62,280 bases of DNA from Chiloscyllium plagiosum (Eukaryota), in NCBI RefSeq assembly GCF_004010195.1, contig NC_057711.1, positions 83,187,568-83,249,847 on the forward strand, in the 5' to 3' direction. Shown piece after piece: positions 47,366 through 60,421 of this stretch (positions are counted from its first letter, which is position 1; each line of letters begins with the position of its first letter). Under the pieces are notes generated by a model. That model had not been told where the DNA came from and ran no database searches. It worked only from the letters and a program-made list of their open reading frames with translations. A program made the translations under genes and the position numbers.

Positions 47366-49590
47366 AAATTCATTCTCATTGTTCTAAGGACCTTAATCCA
47401 ATGTTGTGATTCACAAAATGATGGAATGGACATAAAGACATAGGAATAGAACAGGCCATTTAGTCCTTTGAGCTTGCCTTAATTCATAGCTGATCATTTT
47501 TATCATGCTTGAAGGGTGGGTAAGGCCTGCTAATGTGCCATGATCCGGAGTCATTTAAATCTGCATCCATTGAAAATTAAAAGCAATGAACCTCATTGTT
47601 AGAGTAGACAAAGCAAAACTAAATCCATTACTAAAGTATATTTTAGAAAAGGAAAGATTACCATCTGTTCCTACAGTTTTAATAAACTTCATTGTTGATA
47701 ATTCCCAAGGTCTATCATTTCATCTAAATCCATTATGAATCCTTGGCTGAGTTTTAAAAGCTCCATAATTGCTTTTTCAACTAGTTGCCCGAGTTCACAT
47801 TTTAATTGATAGTTTTAAGAGTACTGTCTTTGATTTAGTTACTAAAGGAAATTTTGCTAGTCTTTAAAACAGACTGATCACTTGAGGGAATTTTGAATTT
47901 TAAATAAGTTTTAAGAACGAGATTTGATTTCAATATCAAGTGTGGATAAGTGAGATCTCTCTTACATTGTTGGAAGTTTAATATTATTTTCATTTCCACC
48001 TGATTTCTGAGATCTGTTCACAGTGGATAATGTATAAGGGGCTGTTTGGATGGCATGAGGAGGTATGAGGTAGATATGAAAGCAGCATGGAGGAATGAAG
48101 TAGCGTGGAGCTATCATAGGTTATGAATGAGAACAGAGGTGGACGGAGGTGAGTGGTGCAGGCTAAAGGGTCTAACAACCTGTTTAAAACTTGGCTAATG
48201 GTAGGAGAACCAAGGCAAGATTCCTGATCAGTTGCCTTAATGCTGGTCTGCTTCCAAGACTGCCTCTAAATAGTCTCCGAAAGTAGAAGGCTTGATTGTA
48301 TCACTGACCTGCCACTCCCAGTTGAATGGAAAATGTGTGTTTATGAGACTTGTTTCCATAGAAAAGAGGTTCCCAAGTCAAGAGATTTCCTGATTTAAGC
48401 ATTCCACCTCCATAAGAAATCTGAGACTCAGAGTAAACTTATTTTCAATTGAACCCTGATTGCAGAAATGGCAAAATGGTAAAAGCAAGCAATGGTTTAA
48501 ATGTACTTATCTGATACATACCACCTTGACAACGTTGTGAGATTGTATATGTTAATACATCTGGTTATATGTACATCTCATTGGTATATTTTCTCTTGTG
48601 CATCAGGGTAGAACCCATTGAATATTCATTTTAGTAATGAGTTTAATATTGTGGCTGTTATGTTTTTAAAATGCCAATGGTTCAGGTCCATCCTAGTTGG
48701 AATTTTGCCATGCACTTTCTCCTCTTGATCCTCTGGTCAACCCATGCTTAAAATAGTTGGAAATAGGCAAGTGGAAATGTTAAAAAAATGTTACATGAAT
48801 AAAATGTAAACATAAAGCACACAGCTCTTAAGCTTACACCATCAGTTCACCACTGCAAACATGCAATGGCTGTATACATCCATAACCTGTCTGAAAATCT
48901 ATGTGGGTGCTGGAGGTGTCAGGCATCTACCTCCCCTTGGATTGATTGAGGTCCGTAAGTGATCAGTTAATGGCAGCTTCAGCTGTGAAGACTAGTGCCG
49001 GACAAGGGAAGGATCTTCTTTGTTGATTTCCTGAGCTTAATCAGAGGCACCTGTCCAACTCCCTACTGTTGTTCTCCCCTTTAACTCTCCCATGGCCTCT
49101 TGAATTCCAGTCCCCTAACAGCTACTCAGCGCCTTCTGAAAACTGCAACCACAGAAATAGTTGGACTTCTTTGGAATGGTTGGACTCTCTGTAGCTCTGG
49201 AACAGCTACAAGTCTCAGCTAACATTGCTGGGATTACAGAAATTCTGGCCAACCCCAACCAGGACTTCCTACTGAGATAGGGTGAGAAGTTCTGCTTTAA
49301 AGCACATAATGATATGCCTGAATTTATGCTGATTTTCTAGAGTCCCTGACCCTTGCTGAATGAATGTGTGCATGAAATATTCCTGGGGATATATCTTAAC
49401 AAAGTTGTTACCATCATTAAAATACCAAAGGGAACAACAGAGCAAGTAATTTTATACAGTCAGTTGTCAGTATGTTTGATGCCCCAAAGGAAATTGTGGT
49501 AGAAGAGAAACCCTTGTGAACATTTAAATGGAAAGTCAATATGCACTACTTGTTGTTTTGATAAGAGGTTCATGTAAAATAAGTCAGGTC

Positions 49591-49663
49591 TTTCCACCAT
49601 CCTCCCACCATCTTTCCACCATCCTCCCACCATCTTTCCACCATCCTCCCACCATCTTCCCAC
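49591..49663. repeat. Tandem repeat of alternating 11-mers (ccaccatcctc / ccaccatcttt)
   Basis: About 3.3 copies of a 22-nt unit, directly visible. Confidence 0.95.
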
Positions 49664-50097
49664 CTAACCCTCAGCTCATCCCCATAAGCTGTCACAAGTA
49701 CCATAGGTTTTGGAATCAATCATTGAGGACTGCACTTAGAAACTTCCATGTAATCAAGAAGAGTCAGCATAGTTTTGTGAAAGAGAAATCATATTTAACA
49801 GTTTTTGGAGTTCTTTGAAGGAGTAGTATATGCTGTGAATAAAAGTAATTGGATTTCCAGAAGATATTTGACAAGGTGCCATGTGAATAGTTATTGCATG
49901 AAATGGAAGCACAAGGTTTGGGAATAACACAGCATGGACAGAAGATTGGCTTGTTAACAGAAAACAGAACACATACATATATGGATCATTTTCCAAAGTC
50001 TCCTGCAGAGGTCTGTGCTGAGGCCTCAACTTTCTATAATTTTTATCAATGATTTAGATGAGGGATATAAAGTCGTGGCAACCAAACTTGAGGATGA

Positions 50098-50305
50098 CAC
50101 AAAGATAGGTAGGAAACAATGTTATGAAGTGGGCATATAATGTGGTAGGAGGATATAGATATGTTGAATGAGTGGACAACAATGGGCGGCACGGTGGCAC
50201 AGTGGTTAGCACTGCTGCCTCACAAAGATAGGTAGGAAACAATGTTATGAAGTGGGCATATAATGTGGTAGGAGGATATAGATATGTTGAATGAGTGGAC
50301 AACAA
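50098..50305 (+). repeat. Perfect 85-bp direct duplication flanking a 38-nt SINE head
   Basis: 50098-50182 is identical to 50221-50305. The spacer is tgggcggcacggtggcacagtggttagcactgctgcct. Confidence 0.95.
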
Positions 50306-50482
50306 CCTGGTGGATGGAGTATTATGAGGGAAAATGTGAATTTGTTTGCTTTGGCAGGAAGAACAAAAAAGCAGAATATTATTTATATAGAAAGCAACTG
50401 TAGAATTCTGAAGTGTAGATGGGTGTAGAAACTTTAGTTCATCATAAACATTAGCACGCATGTACAGTACATACCCAAGACT

Positions 50483-50615
50483 GGTTCTGAAGAAGAGAAA
50501 TGGAACTTGAAATGTTAACTCTTCCTTTCTCCACAGATGCTGCCAGATCTGCTGAGTTTCTCTAGCACTTTCTGCTTTTATTTCAGATTTCTTGTACCTG
50601 CAGTATTTTGCTTTA
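50483..50615 (+). mobile_element. Family D single arm with an HHR remnant
   Basis: ggtt-CTGAAGA-a-gag...ctt-GAAA-tgtt-aact followed by ctccacagatgctgccaga. Confidence 0.7.
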
Positions 50616-51159
50616 AATCAAGAATGCTATTGGGATGTAACCCATTATTATGAGAGGTATTGAACATAAAAGTCAGAATGTTCTGTTATAAGGGGCATTG
50701 AAGAGACCGCATCTTGATACTGTATACTATCTTGATCTCCTTATTTAAGGAAAATGTAAATACTTGAGAGGCAAATCAAAGGTTCTTTACTCAGCTGAAA
50801 TCAGGGATGAACAGGTTATCTTATAATGATCAGTTGGAAAGGATGGACTTGTTCTCACTAGAGTTTTGAACATTAAGGTGTGGTTGATAAAAGTTTTTAA
50901 CTTCCTAATCAGTTTTGACAAGGTGAATATCTGAAGGCTGCTTCCTCTGTGAGTAAGTCCAACTTGGAGCTGCTGGTTTAAATTAGGGATAGACCTTATT
51001 GAACAGAGTTGAGAAATGTCGTCTCTAACAGAGTTATGCAACTTTGGCACACTCTATCTCAGTAGGCAGTGTAGGCAGGATCATTGAATACGTTTCAGGT
51101 AAAGGTAGATAGATTTTTGAAATGCAAGGTGGTCAAAGATTATTACGAGCAGACAAAAA

Positions 51160-51358
51160 TATCAAAGAACTGCAGATCCTGGAAATTGGAAACAAAAATC
51201 AGAAATTGCTGGGAATGCTGAGCATGTCTGGCAGCATCCGTGGAGAGAAAACAGAGATAATATTCTGAAGAAAGGTTACTAGATCTAAAATGTTAACTCT
51301 GCTTTCTCTGTATAAATGCTGCCAGACCTGCTGACTACACCAAGCAATTTCTGTTTTT
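51160..51358. mobile_element. Family D fold-back element with an HHR remnant
   Basis: Inverted arms tctggcagcat / atgctgccaga around att-CTGAAGA-a-aggtt(acta)gatct-aaaa-tgtt-aact. Confidence 0.7.
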
Positions 51359-52914
51359 ATTAATCAATATGCAATCTGGAATTCAAAACACAAATAGATT
51401 GACCATAATCAAATTGAATGGCAGAGCAGGATTGAAGGGCCAAATGATCGGCTTTAGTACTAAATTAGTATGTTTGTATTCACCTTTACTTTTGAGTGAG
51501 AGTTTGATGTTGCATGAACAGTAACAACTTCATTATTTCATTTTCCATCTGTAAACAATCTTGTGTGAAAAACAATGACTTACATCTTTTAAGAATAAGT
51601 TGAAAGCAGTTTGTGTCAATATATATTGTAGGATAGGCTAAGCTACTACTATAAAATATAAAATCTATAAACATTAATATGATCTAGGGGGAAACTGTAC
51701 ACCCTTGCAAGACAAGGATGGCAAATTCAGATAACCTGTGATTTCTTCAGACCGTCCATTATAGTTTCCATTTTTTCCATTGTTGGACATCATCTGTACT
51801 AAATATAGGTCAACAAAATGAGATTGCTCAATGCATAGAGCTCTATTTTTAAATATGTACTCAGACCTAGCAATTGCTTCAGAAAGAAACCACAATTTTA
51901 TTAGACTGGAGTTTTCTTTTCCATTGTGGCTATGTAACAAAGTCTCTGTGTATTGATTTAAAATGAGCTCCTGATGCATTCACCTTGAATGCAGAGATGA
52001 ACTTTTAATAATTTGAATGATAAAAGCAACAGAATGGAACAAACAATTTAGCAAATATCTACTTATGCTGTCTTGGAGAACACACAGCTATAATTCATTA
52101 TTGTTAGTGAATATGAATATGCCAAGCAAGTGTTGGCAATAGCAGCTTTCCCTAAGACTAGTTATTTATATTTGCTTTTATAAACGTTTCTTTTGCTGTG
52201 CTTTGTCATGGCTTTCAATTTTGGGGAATGCAACACTTTACACTTTGAGTAAGTAATCTCAGAAATATTGCCTATCACTTCCATTTATGATTAAACAAAG
52301 ATGTATCCAGAACATTTCAATAAATTTGGAAGTTTCAAGTGAGCTACAAATTGTATTCAAAGGAGAATGCCAACCTGTCCATTGACATACATAAATATAA
52401 TGGATGCATCGAAGACGAATTGAGGATTGACATAGACAAAAAGACTGAGATGGAACATTAAAAGAGTACAGGTGCACAGACTGGAGTTGCTCACTAACAT
52501 GCATCATAAAGAAGGATGGATTCTTGATCCACAGTTCCTAAGTGCAGCTTTGGTGTGTTGCTCTTCCAAAATATCCACTTCCAAAGAGTCAGTGCTGAGA
52601 TTTGCAAGTGCAAAATACTTCATGACGTTTGACTGCAAGCAAGGTTGCTGGTCAATGCATTCTAATGGAGGACACCCAAGAGGTCACAACATTCTATATC
52701 CAATTTGGGTGATACTGTTTTCAATGACTTCCCTTCAGACTATATGTCAGCCAAGATTTCTTTAGAGCTCACAGGGACTGTAGTGCATCCAATGTACCAG
52801 GATGCATCTATATCACCATTACATCCCTGTGGTATGGTAAGAAGAACAAAGCAAGAACATGGCTATAATCTGCATGAAGGTTTGATCAATTAGAAATGTC
52901 ACATCGTTATGTCA

Positions 52915-53345
52915 CAGATCAACTTGGCACTATCAAGGACAAAGCTTTGCATCACATCCACAAACATTCACTCCCTTCATCACTGATACTCTGCAGCTGC
53001 AATGTGTACCATCTCCAAGATGCTCTGCAGGAATTCACCAAGGGCCCAAGGGCAGCACCTTCCAAACCCACAACCATTTCCATCTTGAAGGACAAGAGCA
53101 GTTGATACATGGGATCACTATCACCACCTACAATTTCTCCTCCAAGTTACTCATCATCCTAATTTGGAATTATGTCACCATTCCTTCACTGCCAGTGGGA
53201 CAAAATCTTGGAACTCCCTCCTGAAGAGCACCGTTTGGGACTCCTGGGACTACAGAGTTCAAAAAGGCAGCTCACTACCACCTTCTCAAGTGGTGAATAA
53301 GGGCCAGTCAGCAAAGCCCACATCCCTTGATTGAATAACAAGAAA
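52915..53345 (+). mobile_element. CR1/L2-clade LINE 3' fragment
   Basis: Homologous to 36110-36540. Confidence 0.7.
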
Positions 53346-53411
53346 ACTTTTTAGTTCTTTTTAATTCCCAAACAGGAATATGTCCTTATCCAAGTAAAGT
53401 AGAGCTCCTCA

Positions 53412-53461
53412 AGACAAGGAAAATCTTTGAAGCTATAGACAAGGAAAATCTTTGAAGCTAT
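53412..53461. repeat. 25-bp perfect tandem duplication
   Basis: agacaaggaaaatctttgaagctat occurs twice in tandem. Confidence 0.95.
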
Positions 53462-55196
53462 TTATGTCTCTCTTTTTTTAAATCACACCTTTCCAATTTC
53501 AATCAAAGTCTTCAGCCCCAAGAAAATTATTGAGAAAGGGCTTGTCTTTCCAATGAAGGGAGACACCAGCATCTCTTCAAAACACTAAAACAGTCACTAT
53601 TGGAAATAGCAACTGGTAATTTTACCATCCTATGGAGACAACAATCCTGGAGATCCACTGCAATGTTCTTAACTCTTAACTGACCCCTGAAATGGGCTAG
53701 CAAAAGCCACAGTTGCTCTCAAAAAGGCAGATCACCGTCACCTTCTCTTGGGTAATGAGGGATGGGTGATAATTACTTACTTATGAATGAACAAAAATAA
53801 ACCCCACAATTGATAGCTGTGCCTTCAGCTGCCAAAGCCCTAAGTTAAATTCCCTCACTTAATCACTGTATCTTTTCTGATTTGAGGTACTCACTGAAAT
53901 CAATATAGTATAACCAAGCTTTATATCATCTGCCTTAATAGGTAGCTTGGTGCCAAATTTCATTTGATGAGGTTCCTCTGAAGTGTCTTCTGATGCTTTA
54001 CTACGTTATAGGTACTACAGGATTACAAATTGTAGCTCTCAGTTAAATTCAATTAAGTACAAAAGCTTTATATTATTTCCTGTCTTTTCTAGTGAAATAG
54101 TTAAATCATGAAGGTATACTTACAGCTTGGATTTACTTTGATCACATTCAGTAAGTCTACAGCCATGATAATTCACTACTATGCCTCCAATATTAAACAG
54201 GAAATTAAACAACAAAAATCCTACCCTAAAATCGATTCTGATGAACTTTGAACCTTTGAAAAATGACATCTGACTAGTAATGCTGTACTTAAAAACATGA
54301 TTTAATGCTTATGTGGGAGCAGGAGATGAGTTGGAGAAAGACTACAAAATTATTTATATCGTCAGAAACTAAATACTATAACAATGTTGAGTTTCTGTGA
54401 AAAGGCTTACGTAAGTTTATTGGAGGTATTGGTGAGGTTTAATGAACATAAAAGGAGGAAACAAGGAGAAGTATTCTCACTGAAATGCTATTTAGATCTT
54501 ATTAGAGGACAAAGTTTAGTGAGCGTAATAGCCAAATGCTTAGTGTAATGAAAAAAATCACTGCACATGTCTTCATTAATGATTCAGCAACACTGGTTTC
54601 AATTTTCTCTCTGTTAAGGGGAGTGCCAGATAATCAATAAATCAGTTTCAAGGTCAGAAATATCTTCTGCTATGTCTGTCTATCCACCTGCATCAGAAAA
54701 GCAATACAGCATGTTAAGGCTATGCTTTTCTTCATTGATTGTAAAATTACAAACTGGAAGAATATCCTGCTTAAGAATTTTTTTTGTGTGATGCAAACTT
54801 GTACCAGTCTGTTCTTCAGAGTGAAGAGCTACAAAGATGTTTATGGTGTGAGGTTTATTTCTGTGTTTTTATTGGTTTTAATAATACATTTAAAATTAAT
54901 ATGGGGTGGTTGGCTTGTTCTAGATATTTGAGGTTTATTTATTTTTGAGTTATGCAGCAGAAAGAAGAAGTAATGCTGTTGGAATCATTGGGCTTTTGCC
55001 AAATATAGTATAGTTTTCCATGGTACAGTCTGAAAGAGGGAAAGTCACTATCAAACCTCTTTCAATACATAGAGGATACTTATTATAGTCAGGTGCATCA
55101 CATCTCTTCCCCTATAAACTGAACATTTAGAAAGGCTTAATGCAATCCAACAAAGCCAACATGGTTTTCTGAAAGTGAAATCATGTTTGAAGAATT

Positions 55197-57580
55197 ATAG
55201 AGGCTAGAGTCATAGAGATGTACAGCATGGAAACAGAACCTTTGGTTCAACTCATCCATACAGACCAGATTGCCCAACTCAATCTAGTCCCACCTGCCAG
55301 CACCCGGCCCATATCCCTCCAAACCCTTCCTATTCAAATACCCATCCAGATGCCTTTTAAACGCTGTAACTGTACCAGCCTCCACCACATCCTCTGGCAG
55401 CTCATTCCATATACGTACCACCCTCTGCATGAAAACATTGCCTCTTAGGTCTCTTTTGTATCTTTCTCCTTTTACCCTAAACCTATGCCCTCTAGTTCTG
55501 AACTCCCCCATCCCAGGGAAAACACTTTGTCTATTTATCCATGCTCCTCATGATTTTATAAACCTCTATAAGGTCACCCCTCAGCCTCCGATGCTCCAGA
55601 GAAAACAGTCCTAGCCTATTCAACCTTTCCCTATAATTCAAATCCTCTAACCCTGGCAACATCCTTGCAAATCTTTCTGAACCACTTCAAGTTTCACACA
55701 CCCTTCCGATAGGAAAGAAACCAGAATTGCACGCAATATTCCAACAGTGGCCGAACCAATGTCCTGTATAGCTGCAACATGACCTCCCAATTTCTGTACT
55801 CAATACTCTGACCAATAAAAGAAAGCATACCAAACGCCTTCTTCACTATCCTGTCTACCTGTGACTCCACTTTCAATGAGCTATGAACCTGCACTCCAAG
55901 GTCTGTTTGTTCAGCAACACTCCTTAGGACCTTACCATTAAGTGTACAAGTCCTGCTAAGATTTGCTTTCCCAAAATGCAGCACCTCGCATTTATCTGAA
56001 TTAAACTCCATCTGCCACTTCTCAGCCCATTGGCCCATCTGAACAAGATTCCGTTGTAATCTGAGATAACATTCTTTGCTGTTCACTACACCTCCAATTT
56101 TGGTGTCATCGGCAAACTTACTAACTATACCTCTTATGCTCACATCCAAAATCCTTAATCATTCCTTGCCTTTCTAAATACATGTACATCCTGTCCCTCA
56201 TGGTTCCTTCCAACAACATGCCCACCACGGATGTCAGGCTCACTGGTCTATAGTTCCCTGGCTTACCACCTTTCTTAAACAGTTGCACCACGTTAGCCAA
56301 CCTCCAGTCTTCTGGCACCTCACCTGTGACTATTGATGATCAACTATCTAAGCAAGAGGCCCAGCAATCACTTCCCTAGCTTCCCCTAGAGTTCTCGGGT
56401 ACACCTGATCAGGTCCTGGGGATTTATCCACTTTTATGCAATTCATGACATCCAGCACTTCCTTCTCTGTAATATGGACCTTTTTCAAGATGTCACTATC
56501 TATTTCCCTACATTCTATACCTTCCATGTCCTTTTCCACAATAAATGCTGATGCAAAATACTCGTTTAGTGTCTCTTCCATTTCCTGCGGCTCCATACAA
56601 AGGCCACTTTGCTAATCTTTGAGGAGCCCTATTCTCTCCCGAATTACCCTTTTGTCCTTAATATATTTGTAAAAACCCTTTGGATTCTCCTTATCTCATG
56701 TCCTCTTTTTGCCCTCCTGATCGCTCTCTTAAGTATATTCCTACTGTCTCTATACTCTTCTAAGGATTCACTCGATCTATCCTGTCTATACCTGACATAT
56801 GCTTCCTTCTTTTTCTTAACAAAATCCTCAATTTCTTTAGTCATCCAGCATTCCCTATACCTACCAGCCTTTCCTTTCACACTAATAGGAATATACTTTC
56901 TCTGGATTCTCGTTATCTCATTTCTGAAGGATTCCCATTTTCCAGTCATCCCTTTACGTGCAAACATCTGCCCCCAGTCAGCCTTTGAAACTTCTTGCCT
57001 TATACTGTCAAAATTGTCCTTTCTCTAATTCAGAACTTCAACTTTTAGATCTGGTCTATCCTTTTCCATCACTATTTCAAAATGAATAGAATTACGGCCG
57101 CTGGCCCCAAAGTGCTCCCCCACTCAGTCACCCGCTCTGCCTTATTTCCCAAGAGTAAGTCATGTTTTGCACCTTCCCTAGTAGGTACTTCCACATACTG
57201 AATCAGAACATTTTCTTGCACACACTTAACGAATTCCTCTCCATTTAAACCCTTAACACTATGGCAGTCCCAGTCTATGTTTGGAAAGTTAAAATCCCCT
57301 ACCATAACCACCCTATTATTTTTATAGATAGCTGATATCTCCTTACAAATTTGTTTCTCAATTTCCTTCTGACCACTTTGGGGTCTATAATACAATCCCA
57401 ATAAGGTGATCATCCCTTTCTTATTTCTCAGTTACACCCAAATAACTTCCATGGATATATTTCCAGGAATAATGCTATCCCTTACCAAAATCGCCACTCC
57501 CCCTCCTCTCTTGCTTCTCTTTCTGTCCTTCCTGTAGCATTTGTATCCTGCAACATTAAACTTCCAGTCCTGTCCTTTCT
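55197..57580 (-). mobile_element. HER1/CR1 LINE ORF2 (APE endonuclease and RT), 5'-truncated and internally deleted
   Basis: Minus ORFs contain GLYYRP, VVMVGDFNFPNIDW, KSPGPD, NYRPVSLTSVVG, SKFADDTKIGG, LVRPLLEYCVQFW and TRGHRF. Ends in an (atgactct) tail. Confidence 0.95.
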
Positions 57581-57584
57581 TTTG

Positions 57585-58955
57585 CGAGTGTTCTTTATAG
57601 ATATAAAAACAGAGTTGATGAAGGGGAACTGGTAGATGTAGTGTGTTTAGATTTTCAGAAGGTGTTCAATTAGATGCCTTATGAAAGATTACTGCATATA
57701 TTAGGAGCTCACAGTTTTGGGGGTAAGGTATTAACGCAGATTGAGGATTAGTTAACACATAGAAGACAGGGTCAGGATTAATGTAACTTTGTCAGGTTAG
57801 AAAGACATAACTAGAGGAATGCCACAAGAATCAGCCACAGGGCCTGAAGTATTTACTGTCTACAGAGGAACCTCAATTATTTGAAGGACATGGGCAGAGA
57901 GAATTTCGTCCGGTTAATTGAATTCTGGATAATTGAATGCCCAATAACATAGTTTAACCAAGCATCAGGACTTTTGCGATCTTGGTGGATACTCCAAAAT
58001 TAAGATAATTGAATGTGGGTAATCGAGGTTCCTCTGTAAATTAATGATTTGGAGGAGGGAGCAGAATGTAATATATCCAAATTTGCTGATGTTACGAAAA
58101 GTGGTGAGAGGGCATGTTGTGATGAGGATATAAAGAATATGCAAAGGGATGTAGAGAGGTTGATTGAGTGTGTTAAAATTTTCTAGATGGAGTTTAATGT
58201 AGAAAAGTATCAGGTCATGTACTTTGAACAGAAGCTTCAAAAAGCAGACTATTATTTAATTGGGGACAGACTCCAAAAAATACAGGACAGAGGGATTTGG
58301 GTATTCTTGTGCATGAAACAAAAAAAAACTTACCCTGCAGATGCAGCAGGTAATTAAGCAGGCAAGTGGAATTTTATTGCAATTGTATAGAGTGTTGATG
58401 AGATCATATCTGAAGTACAGTATACAGTTTTTGGTTTTAAAAATGGTACACTGGCTTTCAGGCTTTTCTAAAGGGATTCACTACACTGATTAATGAGTGA
58501 AGGCGTTGACTTATCGAGAATAGCTAAAGAAAGCTTTATTCAGGAGAGTTTCGAAGAATGAGGGATAATCTTATTGAAATATGTAATATTCTGAGGGGGC
58601 TTGGCAGGGTAGATGTTGAGAAGGTGTTTCTATTAATGGGGTAATCTCAAACGAGGAGACATAGTTCCAGCATAATACAGCATTTAAAACTGAGATGTGA
58701 AGAAATTTCTTCTCCTGCAGGTTGTTAAATGGCTGGATGTTTCTACCCCAGAGAGCTGTAAAGGCTGGATCACTAAAAATATTTAGAGGAGGTAGAGCAA
58801 TTTTTGAAATATTAGGGAGTTTACTGCTATGTTGAGCTGGCAAGAAATAGAAGCTGAGACCTGCGACAGGTCAGCCATGATGTTGTTGAGTGAGGAGACA
58901 GGTGTGAGGGACAGAATGGCCCACTGCTGCTTTTATTTATTATGCTCTTATGTCT
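57585..58955 (+). mobile_element. Older CR1 LINE RT and 3' UTR; continues the fragment at ~55120-55197
   Basis: QSQHGFLK.KSCL precedes the younger insertion, and VDEG..VDVV.LDFQK, ISKFAD..K and the 3' UTR follow it. Confidence 0.8.
57863..58036. mobile_element. MITE with the same TIR family as 45179 and a TA TSD
   Basis: ta|cagaggaacctcaatta ... taatcgaggttcctctg|ta, interrupting the CR1 LFT.Y/IND motif. Confidence 0.9.
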
Positions 58956-59129
58956 GCATCTGAGATCAATCATCGAGTCATAGAATCAAACAGAACGGAA
59001 GCAGACCCTCAATCTAACTCATCCATGTTCACTTAGTTTCCCAAAACAAGCTAGTTCCACTTGCCTGCATTTGGTCCATATTCCTCTCAGACATCATGGT
59101 GATGCATTATTCTCACCTTTTAAGAAGAA

Positions 59130-59548
59130 AACTTGTATTTATATAATAACTTTTAGACCCTCAAGATATTCGTACACTCTTTACAGTCAATTAAACACTG
59201 ACGTGCTGTGACTGCTGAAATATAGGAATTGTGATAGCCAATTTGCATTCAGTAAACTCCCACAGACAATAATCTGACATGTAATGTTATTTTGAGAAGT
59301 GTCAGTTGAAGTGTACAACTATATGCCAGGATAAGTCACTTTTTCCTTGAAATAGTTGTCTGGAATAATTTATATCCATCTGCAAGAACAGGAGGGTGGC
59401 CTTCATTTAATATCTCATCTGCAAAACAGCAATCCCTCAGTCCTGCCCAAAAGTATTCATATAGATTTTGTGCTGGATAGGGGAATGGTATCTGGACCCA
59501 GAACATTTTGGCACAGATGAGATGCTATCAACTGAGCCAAAGCTGACA
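59130..59548 (-). mobile_element. Old SINE (DeuSINE/SacSINE-like)
   Basis: aacttgtatttatata tail and reverse-complement head gtcagctttggctcagttgatagca. Similar to 34868-35460. Confidence 0.55.
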
Positions 59549-59921
59549 AAAAGGCATGGCAGCAATACAAATGTACCACATCTTTGAATGGATTCTTCCC
59601 TTAGCATTGTTCAAATTTTATGTTGCCAGTCAAAATTTATGAATATATGCCAATTCCTGAAATCTTAAGAATTAAAAAAAAAGTAGGCACAAAGAAATCA
59701 GTGTGATAAACATGAATGTGTAATCTTGTTCCATCCTTATCTGTGCCCTTTGGATATTTTTGTTGTTTAAATCTTGAATTATAATGAGATAGTAAGTGGG
59801 AGTCTGCGATGAGCAATCTATTGTGGCCAACCTTGTGAGAGAACTGAATTGTGACAAGTCAAGACACAATCATTACCCTAAAGGTACTTCAGCATGAAGT
59901 GTCTGTGCTAATTCAGCTTGT

Positions 59922-60421
59922 NNNNNNNNNNNNNNNNNNNNNNNNNNNNNNNNNNNNNNNNNNNNNNNNNNNNNNNNNNNNNNNNNNNNNNNNNNNNNNN
60001 NNNNNNNNNNNNNNNNNNNNNNNNNNNNNNNNNNNNNNNNNNNNNNNNNNNNNNNNNNNNNNNNNNNNNNNNNNNNNNNNNNNNNNNNNNNNNNNNNNNN
60101 NNNNNNNNNNNNNNNNNNNNNNNNNNNNNNNNNNNNNNNNNNNNNNNNNNNNNNNNNNNNNNNNNNNNNNNNNNNNNNNNNNNNNNNNNNNNNNNNNNNN
60201 NNNNNNNNNNNNNNNNNNNNNNNNNNNNNNNNNNNNNNNNNNNNNNNNNNNNNNNNNNNNNNNNNNNNNNNNNNNNNNNNNNNNNNNNNNNNNNNNNNNN
60301 NNNNNNNNNNNNNNNNNNNNNNNNNNNNNNNNNNNNNNNNNNNNNNNNNNNNNNNNNNNNNNNNNNNNNNNNNNNNNNNNNNNNNNNNNNNNNNNNNNNN
60401 NNNNNNNNNNNNNNNNNNNNN
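59922..60421. other. Assembly gap
   Basis: Run of 500 N. Confidence 1.

Larger units (their letters stand above)
49700..51480 (+). mobile_element. Old CR1 LINE ORF2 and 3' UTR remnant with nested insertions
   Basis: SQHSFVKEKSYLT, L.PQL.IIFINDLDEG, DDTKIG, and the 3' UTR tgaatggcagagcagg...gaagggcc. Confidence 0.7.

Noticed and set aside
49591..49663. Regular short repeats as a possible CRISPR array
   Set aside because: No unique spacers, and the context is a eukaryotic minisatellite.
52739..52836. Exon-like segment (cccttcag acceptor, open phase-1 frame, DASISPLH) resembling the Trk DDSASPLHH juxtamembrane exon
   Set aside because: Only a short chance-level match, with no SVIS, IGMT or ENPQYF. 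It cannot be supported without RNA-seq.
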